NCBI RefSeq assembly: GCF_036323395.1
Contig: NZ_AP028907.1
Span: forward strand, 1,230,001 to 1,262,000
Direction of reading: 5' to 3'
DNA from: Pyrodictium abyssi
Lineage (GTDB): Archaea > Thermoproteota > Thermoprotei_A > Sulfolobales > Pyrodictiaceae
DNA: 32,000 nucleotides
Position 1 is the stretch's first letter, and every line of letters begins with the position of its first letter. Under the pieces are notes generated by a model. That model did no database searches and had not been told where the DNA came from. It saw nothing but the letters and a program-made list of their open reading frames with translations. Of the stretch, positions 18,554 through 27,788 are shown in pieces. The position numbers and the translations under genes are program-made.

Positions 18554-19909
18554 TCACCTCCTGCCCTCTGTGAACACCTTCTCGAGACGGGGTACGTCCA
18601 GGGGGAGGGGGTAGGCTCCGCCGAAGCATCCGAGGCAGAGGCGGCGGCCAACAGCCTCCTCTAGGTCCCTCAGGCCGAGGTACAGTATGCTGTCAACGCC
18701 CAGGGCCCTGGCGACCTCGTCTACGCTCCTACCGTGGGCTACTAGCTCGCCGCGGCTTGGCATGTCTACGCCGAGGAAGCAGGGCATGACCACGGGCGGC
18801 GAGGCGACGCGTAGATGCACCTCGCGGGCCCCTGAGCGGCGGAGGATGTGGGCTAGCCACCTGCTGGTGGCGCCGCGGACTACGCTGTCGTCGACGAGGA
18901 TTATTCTGCGGCCCCAGGTCGTCGAGCGTATCGGGTTGAACTTGCGCTTGAGCCTCCCGTTCCTCTCGCCTGGGGGCGCTATGAAGGCGCGGCCAGCGTA
19001 CCGGTTGCGGTATAGGACCTCGGTGTAGGGGAGTCCCCGCTCCATGGCGTAGCCTATGGCCGCGCTCCGGCCGCTATCCGGGACCGGCGCCACCAGGTCG
19101 GCCTCCACTGTGTCGCGGCGGGCGAGCCGCCGGCCCATCTCGAGCCTGGCCGCGTGGGCCTCGACGCCCTCGAAGACGCTGTCGGGCCTGAGGAAGTATA
19201 CGTACTCGAACGCGCATGGCCGGGGCTCGTGCCCGGGGGCTAGCCCGGTCTCGACGCAGTCCTTGGGGGAGCCGTTGCAGTGGAGCATCCTCCCCGCGCC
19301 TACCTCTCTCCAGGGGAGCCCCATCGAGTCTAGCGCGGCCGTCTCGCTGGCCACGGCGGCGTAGCCGTCGCCCACCGCGTAGGCGAGAGGCCTGACCCCG
19401 TAGGGGTCCCGGGCGGCTGCTAGCTCGCCGCGGGCCGTGACTGCTACGAGGCTGTAGGCCCCGCGTAGGAGGCGCGCTGCCTCCCTGAGGGCGTCGGCGA
19501 GGCTCCCCTGCTCCAGGTAGAGGGCCTCCACGAGGTCTGCTACGAGCTGGGCATCCCAGGTGTAGCGGCGGCCTAGCAGCTCCCGGCCCAGCTCCCGGTA
19601 GTTGACAATGTTCCCGTTATAGGCTATGTAGACTAGCTTCTTGCTGCCAGCCACCGGCTGGTAGTGCTCGCCGCCGTACCCGCCGCTCGTGCTGTACCTC
19701 ACATGCCCAATAGCAGCCCAGGCGCCGGAGGCGGCCGTGGGGAGGCGTATAGCCTCCTGCACGAGCCCGGGGCCGCCGACGAGCCTTACGCCGCCGCCGG
19801 CTAGGAACGCTATCCCCGCGGCCTCCTGGCCCCGGTGCTGGAGCTCCAAGAGCAGCTCGTAGACCGCCGAGGCCGCGTCCCTGCCCAGCCAAGCTGCTAC
19901 GCCGCACAC
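18554..19909 (-). CDS. purF: Amidophosphoribosyltransferase
   Basis: MCGVAAWLG (catalytic Cys), GHVRYSTSG, YNGNIVNY, FEYVYFLRPDSVFEGV, RKFNPIRSTTWGRRIILVDDSVVRGATSR. Confidence 0.96.
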   Translation of the reverse strand: MCGVAAWLGRDAASAVYELLLELQHRGQEAAGIAFLAGGGVRLVGGPGLVQEAIRLPTAASGAWAAIGHVRYSTSGGYGGEHYQPVAGSKKLVYIAYNGNIVNYRELGRELLGRRYTWDAQLVADLVEALYLEQGSLADALREAARLLRGAYSLVAVTARGELAAARDPYGVRPLAYAVGDGYAAVASETAALDSMGLPWREVGAGRMLHCNGSPKDCVETGLAPGHEPRPCAFEYVYFLRPDSVFEGVEAHAARLEMGRRLARRDTVEADLVAPVPDSGRSAAIGYAMERGLPYTEVLYRNRYAGRAFIAPPGERNGRLKRKFNPIRSTTWGRRIILVDDSVVRGATSRWLAHILRRSGAREVHLRVASPPVVMPCFLGVDMPSRGELVAHGRSVDEVARALGVDSILYLGLRDLEEAVGRRLCLGCFGGAYPLPLDVPRLEKVFTEGRR

Positions 19910-19919
19910 GGTGCCAGCT

Positions 19920-22103
19920 TCACCCCTCTCTCACCAGCTTCTCCAGAGTAGTGGCGTAGGCCTCCGAGAGCCCGTCCAGGGGGACCCTGGCCAGGGTTCT
20001 CCTGCCCGAGGCCAGCTCCACGTAGCTGCCGCCTGGCTCGCCTACGACGCGGGCCCACACGCCTGCCTCCTCTGCGCGGCGCAGAACCTCGCCAACGCTG
20101 TCGCGGGGCACCTCGAGGATGTAGCGGCCCGGTGTCTCCGAGAACCCCGCCTCGAGCGGGCTCCGGCACGCTGGGCAGAGGGCAGCGAGGTCGAGCCTTG
20201 CGCCGACGCCACCCGCCACGGCCATCCGGGCCACGGCTGCCGCTGCGCCGCCCAGCCCGACGGAGTGCGACGCGAGCACAAGCTCGTCCTCGATGAGCCT
20301 CCTCACCAGCTTGGCGGCTGCTGCCTCCTCCCTTGGCCGGGGCTCGGGCGGGAGCCCCGCTGGCTCGCCTAGGAGGAGCTCGGCCGCCTCGCTAGCGCCT
20401 AGCTCTGGCCGCGTCTCCCCCACAGCTACGAGTAGACCTTCCCCGGTCAGGGCTAGGCCCGTTGCCCGGGTGACGTCGCTTATCCTGCCGACGACGAGCA
20501 CTGAGGCAACCGGGTCGACCATATGGCCGTGCTCGTCCTCGTTGTAGAGGCTCACGTTGCCCCCGATGAAGGGTATGCCGAGGCCGCGGGCCATCCAGGC
20601 TAGGCCCTCTACTATGCGCTTGAAGTACCAGAACTGCCGCGGCTTCTCCGGGTTACCAGCGTTAATGTTGTCGAGCGCTGCCAGGGGCTCACCGCCCACA
20701 GCTGCTACGTGCCGGTAGGCCTCGGCTAGGCTGAGCGCAGCGCCCCGGAACGGGTCCTGCCGGGTGTAGCGCGGGTTCCCGGCGAGCGCTGCCACCACTC
20801 CGCGGCTCGTACCGTCGCGGAGCCATAGCACAGCCGCGTCGGCATAGCCCGGCGGCGCGGCTGTGCGGCCCTGGACGCCCCAGTCGTACTGCTCGTAGAC
20901 CCAGGCCTTCCCCGCCACCCGGGGCGAGGAGACCACGCGCTCTAGCAGCCAGCCCAGCTCCTCCTCGGCTAGGCTGAGGCCCGGCAGCTCACGGGGGGCC
21001 GGCGGGGGCTCCGCCTTCCTCTCCACGGGCGGCGCCGACGCGGCGAGCCCGACGGGGAGGTCTACCACTACTCTGCCTCGGTAGACGGCGCGGAGCCTCC
21101 CCGTGTCGTCGAAGTAGCCTATGACGCTCGCCTCGACACCGTAGCGGTCTAGCAGCCGGAGCAGCTCGCCCAGCTTACCCCTCTGCGGCACCAGTAGCAT
21201 GCGCTCCTGGCTCTCGGAGACCAGTATCTCCGCCGGCTCCATGTCTGGCTCGCGGAGGTGGACACGGTCGAGGTGCACCACGGCGCCGACGCCGCTGGAT
21301 GCAGCGGTCTCGGAGACCGCCGTGGCTAGGCCCCCGCCTCCTAGGTCCTTCACGTGGCGGAGTAGCTTCCTCTCGAAGGCCTCCGTGAGTGCGTCTATTA
21401 GCAGCTTCTCGAGGAACGGGTTCCCGACCTGGACGGCCGCTATGTCCTCCTCGCGGCTGCCCAGGGGGCGGCTAGCAAAGCTGCTCCCGAGCATACCGTC
21501 CCTACCGGTGGAGTTGCCCGCGAGGACCATCACGTCCCCGGGCTCTACGCGGCCTGGGAGCAGGTCCCCGGGCCGCGTGACCCCTATGCACGCCACGTTG
21601 ACCAGGGGCTGTCTCTCGTAGCTAGCGTGGAACCATGTCTCGCCCGCCACCGTGGGGACTCCTATCCTGTTCCCGTAGTCGCTTATACCCCGCACTATGC
21701 CCTTGGCGAGCCACCGGGAGACTGGTGTGCGGAGGCTCCCCAGGTAGAGGGCGTCGAGCAGCGCTATCGGCTGGGCGCCTAGGCTCAGCACGTCGCGGAC
21801 AATACCCCCTACCCCGGTCGCAGCCCCGTTGTAGGGGTCCACAGCCGAGGGATGGTTGTGGCTCTCTATACGGGCGACCACCGCCACGTCGTCGAACAGC
21901 TTTACCGCGCCCGCGTCGCGGCCAGGGCCCACGAGCACCCATGGCGCCTCAGTGGGCAGCATTCTTAGGAGCCGCCGGGTGCTCTTGTAGCTGCAGTGCT
22001 CGCTCCACGTGGCCTCGAAGAGGGCCAGCTCTTCCCGTGTCGGCTCGCGGCCTAGCCGGCGGCGTATCTCGCTCAGCTCGCTCTCGGAGAGCGGCATCAC
22101 CAT
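19920..22103 (-). CDS. purL: Phosphoribosylformylglycinamidine synthase subunit PurL
   Basis: Contains TWSEHCSYKSTRR, ARIESHNHPSAVDPYNGAATGVGGIVRD, AGETWFHASYERQPLVNVACIGV, DLGGGGLATAVSE, GIPFIGGNVSLYNE. Confidence 0.96.
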   Translation of the reverse strand: MVMPLSESELSEIRRRLGREPTREELALFEATWSEHCSYKSTRRLLRMLPTEAPWVLVGPGRDAGAVKLFDDVAVVARIESHNHPSAVDPYNGAATGVGGIVRDVLSLGAQPIALLDALYLGSLRTPVSRWLAKGIVRGISDYGNRIGVPTVAGETWFHASYERQPLVNVACIGVTRPGDLLPGRVEPGDVMVLAGNSTGRDGMLGSSFASRPLGSREEDIAAVQVGNPFLEKLLIDALTEAFERKLLRHVKDLGGGGLATAVSETAASSGVGAVVHLDRVHLREPDMEPAEILVSESQERMLLVPQRGKLGELLRLLDRYGVEASVIGYFDDTGRLRAVYRGRVVVDLPVGLAASAPPVERKAEPPPAPRELPGLSLAEEELGWLLERVVSSPRVAGKAWVYEQYDWGVQGRTAAPPGYADAAVLWLRDGTSRGVVAALAGNPRYTRQDPFRGAALSLAEAYRHVAAVGGEPLAALDNINAGNPEKPRQFWYFKRIVEGLAWMARGLGIPFIGGNVSLYNEDEHGHMVDPVASVLVVGRISDVTRATGLALTGEGLLVAVGETRPELGASEAAELLLGEPAGLPPEPRPREEAAAAKLVRRLIEDELVLASHSVGLGGAAAAVARMAVAGGVGARLDLAALCPACRSPLEAGFSETPGRYILEVPRDSVGEVLRRAEEAGVWARVVGEPGGSYVELASGRRTLARVPLDGLSEAYATTLEKLVREG

Positions 22104-22774
22104 CCCCTGCGCAGCGCTTCGCCTATCGACGTGAAGAACGGGTGGCCCCCGGGCCTGCGGCCGCGGGGGACCTGGAGTGGGCTCGCCGCTCGCTCCGGGT
22201 GCGGCATTAGGCCGAGAACGGCTCCGTCCTCGGAGGCCAGGCCGGCGACGTCTGCGACGCTGCCGTTAGGGTTCTCGAGGTACTCTAGCCAGGGCCTGGA
22301 CCGGAGTAGCTCCCCGGGCGCGGGGTGGTAGAAGCGCCCCTCAGCATGGGCCACCGGCATGTCTAGCACAGCGCCGGGCTCCACGTGGAGTAGCCAGGGG
22401 CCGCGCGGGCTGTGCACCCGGACCCGGAGCCACCTGGCCACGAAGCGGCCGCCCTCGTTGGGTAGGAGGGCGCCGGGGAGTACGCCCGCCTCCACGAGGA
22501 CCTGGAACCCGTTGCATATCCCGAGGATAGGGGCGCCGTTCTCGGCCGCCTCGCGGAGCTGCCTGGCCGCGGGGCTCCAGGAGGCTAGGAGCCCAGCGCG
22601 CCCGTAGTCCCCGTAGCTGAAGCCTCCCGGCACAACTGTAGCGTCCCAGTCCCTCCAGCGGTACTCGGTGTGCCACACTACGCGCGCCTCTACGCCGGCC
22701 ACCTCGCGCAGCATGTAGGCTGTCTCCTGGTCGCAGTTAGTGCCGGGGAACCGGAGCACAGCGACTCTAGGCAA
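22097..22774 (-). CDS. purQ: Phosphoribosylformylglycinamidine synthase subunit PurQ
   Basis: Contains RVAVLRFPGTNCDQE, VVPGGFSYGDYGRAG, ILGICNGFQVLVEAGVLPGALLPN, LGLMPHPERA. Confidence 0.95.
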   Translation of the reverse strand: MPRVAVLRFPGTNCDQETAYMLREVAGVEARVVWHTEYRWRDWDATVVPGGFSYGDYGRAGLLASWSPAARQLREAAENGAPILGICNGFQVLVEAGVLPGALLPNEGGRFVARWLRVRVHSPRGPWLLHVEPGAVLDMPVAHAEGRFYHPAPGELLRSRPWLEYLENPNGSVADVAGLASEDGAVLGLMPHPERAASPLQVPRGRRPGGHPFFTSIGEALRRGW

Positions 22775-23030
22775 GAGTGATCACCAGGAGCGTGTGGACC
22801 GCGGGGTTGAAGAGCCGGGTCTCGCGGGCCATTTCCTCTACGAGCCTCTCCGCCTCCTCCCTCGACTCAGCCTCGACCTCTACTATGAACGCCTTCCCGG
22901 CGCGGATCCCCTGGACCCAGGTGTAGCCTAGCCTTCTCAGCTCGTCTGCCAGCGTCTCGCCCTCAGGGTCCCGGGCCGACGGCTTGTAGGCTACTATTGC
23001 CAGCACACGGTGCCGGGTCAACCGGTGCAC
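22767..23030 (-). CDS. purS: Phosphoribosylformylglycinamidine synthase subunit PurS
   Basis: 87-aa ORF between purQ and purC, overlapping both; DPEGETLADELRRLGYTWVQGIRAGKAFIVEVE. Confidence 0.9.
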   Translation of the reverse strand: MHRLTRHRVLAIVAYKPSARDPEGETLADELRRLGYTWVQGIRAGKAFIVEVEAESREEAERLVEEMARETRLFNPAVHTLLVITLA

Positions 23031-23746
23031 CTCCTCTCGGGCTCGCCGGCTAGACGGGCTAGCTCCCTGTAGGCCTCCAGCAGGGCCTCGACGCCGCCAC
23101 CGCGCCTGTAGACCTCCTTGTCCAGGTGCCTACCCCCGCTGTCAACCAGCCTCATCGTGTCGCCTGTGACCTCGTCGACCACCACGAAGCCCGTGGCAGA
23201 CCGAGCCACCTCGATCTTAAGGTCTACTAGCCGGAGGCCCCGCCGGCGCCAGAACATCTCGAGGACGCTGCTTACCCGGAGGGCTAGGCTCTGGATGTCC
23301 CAGAGCTCCCGCCACGATAGGAGCCCGGCCTCGACAGCGTCCTCGGGGAGAACGAGCGGGTCGCCCCTCGCGTCGTCCTTGAGGTGCAGCTCCACCAGGG
23401 GCCGGAAGAGCCTCTCCATGGGCTTTAGGAGCGGCATCCTGCGAAGGAGCGAGCCATAGGCATAGTTCCTCACTATCACCTCGAGGGGGATGACCTCGTG
23501 CCTCCTAGCGAGGAGCCTGGAGCCGCCCATGTAGCACACATAGTGTGTCGGCACACCGTGCTCCTCTAGCAGCTCGAACATCCGGGCAGAGAGCCTGGCT
23601 GCTAGCTCGCCTTTGCCCGGCGCCGTGTCGCGGCGCTTGCCGTCGAACGCTGTGACCTCGTCCTTGAACTCGAGTACCACCAGGCCATTGCCCGCGTCGA
23701 GGACCCGCTTCGCCTTGCCCTCGTAGAGTAGCTCACCCGTGCGCAG
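23018..23746 (-). CDS. purC: SAICAR synthase
   Basis: Contains ELLYEGKAKRVLDAGNGLVVLEFKDEVTAFDGKRRD, PTHYVCYMGG, EVIPLEVIVRNYAYGSLLRR, DEVTGDTMRL. The conserved N-terminus extends in frame upstream of the track start (23680) to about 23746, where the codon is CTG. Confidence 0.88.
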   Translation of the reverse strand: MRTGELLYEGKAKRVLDAGNGLVVLEFKDEVTAFDGKRRDTAPGKGELAARLSARMFELLEEHGVPTHYVCYMGGSRLLARRHEVIPLEVIVRNYAYGSLLRRMPLLKPMERLFRPLVELHLKDDARGDPLVLPEDAVEAGLLSWRELWDIQSLALRVSSVLEMFWRRRGLRLVDLKIEVARSATGFVVVDEVTGDTMRLVDSGGRHLDKEVYRRGGGVEALLEAYRELARLAGEPERRCTG

Positions 23747-23824
23747 CCCGGACCCCCGGGGTCCCGGAACTTGCCTGAGTAACTGGTCTAAAAATATTCC
23801 AGGATGTAGGACCCCGTAGCTCTT

Positions 23825-23836
23825 ACTTAGCTAAGT
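23825..23836. repeat. Perfect 12-bp palindrome ACTTAGCTAAGT upstream of the pur run
   Basis: ACTTAG|CTAAGT is self-complementary; about 80 bp upstream of the inferred purC start. Confidence 0.5.
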
Positions 23837-24639
23837 GAATAAGCAAGCTACTCGGCCTAGTTACATGAACTACACGCGCGAATATCCTTGCAGATACAGA
23901 TGTGCACGGACTGCGTGCGAATACCATATAGTACGCTAGGCCGTGGTCCCCGGGCAAACGAGTGTAGAGTATCCTACAAGCGAGTGTTAATGATCGCTCG
24001 GCTATAGCCAATATAGTAGGCCCCTTTACTCGGTTTTAGCAGCGGTATTTGGACCGAACCGTGTAATTCACGCCCGAAGACCATAGGAATTGTATTAGAT
24101 GCCGATGTTAAAGGAGATCCCAATGGCGCCGTATCTCTGAATCCTGAAGGAGAATCTAGAGCTACCCGTCGGCTTCGTCTGGGTGCTGGCCAGCGCCTTC
24201 CCAGTATTCTTCATGCAGGCTTCGCCATGGTAGGAGCCGTTCACCAGGCTAAAGAACACGATAAGCGCGTTGCTTAAGAACCCATCATGCTTCACTGTGG
24301 CTGGCATGGGCTTGTCCGCCTAGTCGGCTACACATCCACGATGGACAGTGACTGGGAAGGCGTCGTTTGACCGGCTGCTTTGCGCTAATAGGAGGCAACT
24401 ATGGTGCTAGAGAGATGCTCTTATGGTTCTTCTATGCGAGTGTCTGCAGGAGCAGCTGCAACTATCGTCTCTGGCGCCATAGCCTAGAAGACGAAACTCA
24501 CAAGCTATCTGCTAGACAGCGTAACGATGACTGCTTTTCATCTAGCCGGTACATGGCCACCGGACACCGGATATGGGGGGTGACTGGGCTACCCCTAGGG
24601 AAGGCTCACCAGAGGCTGTCTGGCTAGGAGGCCCTTTGC

Positions 24640-25076
24640 CTATTCTGTGTCCGCCCTAGCGCCTTGCAGCCATGCGCTGGTGCCTACTGCTATGTCTCTC
24701 GCCTTTGCCAGTATTTCTTTGTCGCTTGTCAATAGCTTCGCCCCGTGTAGCCTCGCGTAGTAGACGTATGCCGCGTCGTAGGCTGTTAGGCCTAGCTGCT
24801 CTGCTAGCTTGCTAATCGCCTCCAGGTCTTCTGGCTTGATGCGCAATACCGCCAGGTGCCCGGCGAGCCTGGATACAGCAGCGGCTAGCCGGTGGGGCTC
24901 CTGTACGAGCCCTCTACGCGCCTCTATGACGGCGGCGTTGGCTGCCTCGTACAACGTTAGGTCGAGTACCGCTGCCTCTTCCTCGAGCAGCTTCTCGGCG
25001 ACCATGCATCGCTCACAGCGTCGCGGTACAGCAGCTTAGCGAGAGGATACAGGGCGGATGCATCGAGTATTATCAA
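24640..25076 (-). pseudogene. PIN-domain VapC-like toxin with one frameshift
   Basis: TTG start at 25076: (M)IILDASALYPLAKLLYRDAVS, then the next frame from about 25005 VAEKLLEEEAAVLDLTLYEAANAAVIEA...LTAYDAAYVYYARLHGAKLLTSDKEILAKA. Confidence 0.85.
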
Positions 25077-25310
25077 GCCGTGGCCCTCCCTCGGCGGGAA
25101 GCTTTGACCGCCTCTACCCAGTCTTCCACGGTGAGATCCCCGCCAGCAGCGGCTAGTTCTCTCAGCGCTTCTGCTATCCTCTTCTTCCTCTCCTCTATGA
25201 CATGCGCGGCGTAGGGACTCCTCTACGACGCGGCGGATATCTATGCCTAGGCGCTCGGCCTCCTCCTTGAGCTTGCGGGGTACGCGGACAGAGACCACCA
25301 CGGTGGACAA
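25073..25310 (-). pseudogene. VapB/RHH-type antitoxin with one frameshift, overlapping the toxin start
   Basis: MSTVVVSVRVPRKLKEEAERLGIDIRRVVEESLRRA, then after about 25200 in another frame VIEERKKRIAEALRELAAAGGDLTVEDWVEAVKASRRGRATA*. Confidence 0.75.
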
Positions 25311-25548
25311 CAGCCACGCCTGTCTACATGGAGGTAGTAGACACTGTACTTAAGGTCTACGTTGAGTACGCGGAGGCGTCCCGTAGCCCGTATACCGCGT
25401 GGCCTGTGGGGCGGCCACAGCCCTGGGGCCGAGGGATGCAGTTCCGCCCTGGAGCGTGCTTGGAGAGGGATGTGGGGCTGTGGTGGGACTCTTTCGCGCA
25501 TAGCATGGGTAAGCGTATATAGGGCCGTGGTGGTATATGTCCTAGGAC

Positions 25549-27330
25549 ATGCGGCGTAGGGTACGGGAAGGTATGACTGCAGAGCCTGGCTCTCGCCTTC
25601 TCCCGTTCCCCGCTGGCGTGTTATTCGCTGTTGTCATCGGGTCGCTTGTCTCCGGGGGCTATGTCCTCTACCTCCACGGGCTCGCCGTGGCGTTTGCCTC
25701 GGAGCCCCTCCTAGTCCTGGCGCTGAGGCTGGCACTAGCCGCTCTGGGGCTTGCACCGTTACTCTACGGGCTGGCCCGGGTGGGGCTCCAGAGGCTACTA
25801 GGGCTCGCCAGCGGGGGAAGGCTTGGAGCGGGGCTCGCCGGGTTCCTGGTGGGTGCTGGGGCTGCTGGGCTCCTGCTCCTGGGCGTCTATGGCGTCGCGA
25901 GTACTGCTGCCCTCGTGGTCTACTGGTTCACTGGCGGGTTGGTGTCGGCTGCCGCCGTCTACGAGATAGTAACGCGTAGCCGCCGCGCCGCCGCCGGCTA
26001 CTTCGCTGTGGCTGTTCTGCTCTTCGCCCTACTGGGGCTCGTGGAACTCTACGCCCCCGTGGAGGCCAGCAAGCACATAACTGTCGAGGCGCTCGACGAG
26101 CCTATAGACGTTAACGGGCTCAAGCGCTTCATACCACTGATGACCGCCTACGCGTATGCTAGCGACCGTATACAGATACCGACCCACCGAGTCTACCCCG
26201 GGGACAGCTACGTCTACTACCTCGGCAACCACAGCGTCTACAACTGGATAATAGAGCCGGAGGGCTTCTGGAACCAGCTCACCAAGACACCGCTCGGCGC
26301 CGTGTTTGTCTACGGCGACGAGTACCCGCCGCGCGTCCTGGTGGTCGAGAGGAGGCTCGAGTGGGGGCTCCACAACAAGAGGTTCCGGCTACTCTTCCTA
26401 GACACGCTCGAGCGCCGCATAGTCCTGGCCTCTGGGCTCCGGTACAAGCCGCTGCTAGAGGACAACATAGAGGTGCTCTACGGCGGGAGGATCTACATCC
26501 TCGTGCCCCTCGTCTCCTGGACCCGGGGCCTCCTCTACAGCCTCCCTGTGCTCCACGGCTACGCCATAGTGGACGAGGACGGGGACATAGAGGTGGTGGC
26601 CGGGGACAGGCTGGCGAGCGACCCGCGGCTGAAGGGCATGCCGCTGCTCCCCGAGGCCGTCGCCCGGGAGTGGGTCGAGGCCTACCGGTACAGGGTGGGC
26701 CTGCTGGGGTTCTACCTCTATCACAACACCTACGTAATCCGCGACACGGGCACCAACCCGCAGCCCTACCTAGAGCAGGGAAGCGACGGCCAGCTCTACT
26801 GGGTGTTCGTCGCCGAGCCTCCAGGGGAGACCTACAGCGCCAAGTACATCATCTACGTCGACGCCGCCAGCATCTCGGAGCCGAGGCTGCTCTTCTACGA
26901 GCTGCCCGAGCCCGTGATAGGCGTGAGCAAGGTGGAGAGCTACGTGAAGCAGGCACACCCGACCTACGACTGGGGCGAGCTCAGCATAGAGGAGCCAATG
27001 CCCACACTACTCAACGGGGCGCTCTACTGGAAGGCCACGGTGACGACCAGGGACCACCGTGGCCTAGTCTCGGTCGACATCATAGACGCTGCTAGCGGCG
27101 AAGTAGTCTCCCTACAGCCACGGCGCCGCGTGACGTACCTAGACGCGCTCCACGCGCTCCTCCAGGGCAGAGCCGCCGAGAAGCCCGCGGCCGAGAGCCT
27201 AGAGGAGAGGATAGCGGAGCTCGAGCACCGCGTAGCAGAGGCGATAAAAGCCCTCGAGGAGATACAGCGCGAGCTACAAGAGCTGAGACAGCTAGTAGCA
27301 AACAACACCCCATCCACCAGCCAGGGATAA
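25549..27330 (+). CDS. Large membrane protein: several N-terminal TM segments, extended soluble domain, C-terminal coiled coil
   Basis: 593-aa intact ORF; TM-rich first ~200 aa; C-terminus SLEERIAELEHRVAEAIKALEEIQRELQELRQLVAN shows heptad pattern. Confidence 0.75.
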   Translation: MRRRVREGMTAEPGSRLLPFPAGVLFAVVIGSLVSGGYVLYLHGLAVAFASEPLLVLALRLALAALGLAPLLYGLARVGLQRLLGLASGGRLGAGLAGFLVGAGAAGLLLLGVYGVASTAALVVYWFTGGLVSAAAVYEIVTRSRRAAAGYFAVAVLLFALLGLVELYAPVEASKHITVEALDEPIDVNGLKRFIPLMTAYAYASDRIQIPTHRVYPGDSYVYYLGNHSVYNWIIEPEGFWNQLTKTPLGAVFVYGDEYPPRVLVVERRLEWGLHNKRFRLLFLDTLERRIVLASGLRYKPLLEDNIEVLYGGRIYILVPLVSWTRGLLYSLPVLHGYAIVDEDGDIEVVAGDRLASDPRLKGMPLLPEAVAREWVEAYRYRVGLLGFYLYHNTYVIRDTGTNPQPYLEQGSDGQLYWVFVAEPPGETYSAKYIIYVDAASISEPRLLFYELPEPVIGVSKVESYVKQAHPTYDWGELSIEEPMPTLLNGALYWKATVTTRDHRGLVSVDIIDAASGEVVSLQPRRRVTYLDALHALLQGRAAEKPAAESLEERIAELEHRVAEAIKALEEIQRELQELRQLVANNTPSTSQG

Positions 27331-27385
27331 TCCTTAGGCGATAAGAGACCGAAAGAGGCTATTACAGATTTATGTAAATATAGAA

Positions 27386-27781
27386 TTATGAAAAGTCTAT
27401 ACCCCCCAGCTTTAGTTCTCTTGGAGGCTTATAGAGTAGGCCTAGCTTCTTGAGGACTTCTCTTCCGAGTAGGGCTCTCCTTGCGCCTAGTGTCGTGTAG
27501 GCGCTGCAGGTTATCTTCGAGCCGCCTATCTCTACCACCGCCCTGGAGACCCTGAGCTCTATCGTGTTGCCGACGGCGGTCTGTGCTACTGCTTTCGGCT
27601 CCTCAAAGAGGTTGAGATCGAGGAGAATGTAGGTCTTTAGTGGGATTAGTATCCCTCCCTGGAACCCCGTGTCTATAATGAACTCTACCTCGGCTTCTCG
27701 GTCACCTAGCACATTGTAGACCCTAGCTCTCACCACTGGGGCGTAGTTCTCCTCGTCGTTCCTAAAGTATGTGACAGTCAC
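27386..27781 (-). CDS. Clan AA (retropepsin-like) aspartic protease, DTGF type
   Basis: EVEFIIDTGFQGGILIP catalytic motif and downstream hydrophobic-Gly LLGREVLKKLGL motif. Confidence 0.8.
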   Translation of the reverse strand: MTVTYFRNDEENYAPVVRARVYNVLGDREAEVEFIIDTGFQGGILIPLKTYILLDLNLFEEPKAVAQTAVGNTIELRVSRAVVEIGGSKITCSAYTTLGARRALLGREVLKKLGLLYKPPRELKLGGIDFS

Positions 27782-27788
27782 TCCAGGG

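Noticed and set aside
18544-18651. Upstream extension of the PurF-like ORF
   Set aside because: It overlaps the 3' end of purF in another frame; homology-like sequence begins at MGVLLVYF (18543), so the missing Cys is not explained by this extension.
20293-22210. Multiple plus- and minus-strand ORFs overlapping purL (such as 21199-21621, 21622-21942, 21635-22210)
   Set aside because: All lie inside intact purL or purQ with biased, non-protein-like composition.
24367-24627. 86-aa plus-strand ORF MTGCFALIGGNYGAREMLL...
   Set aside because: Unremarkable composition, no partner, no motif; kept only as part of the gene-poor segment.
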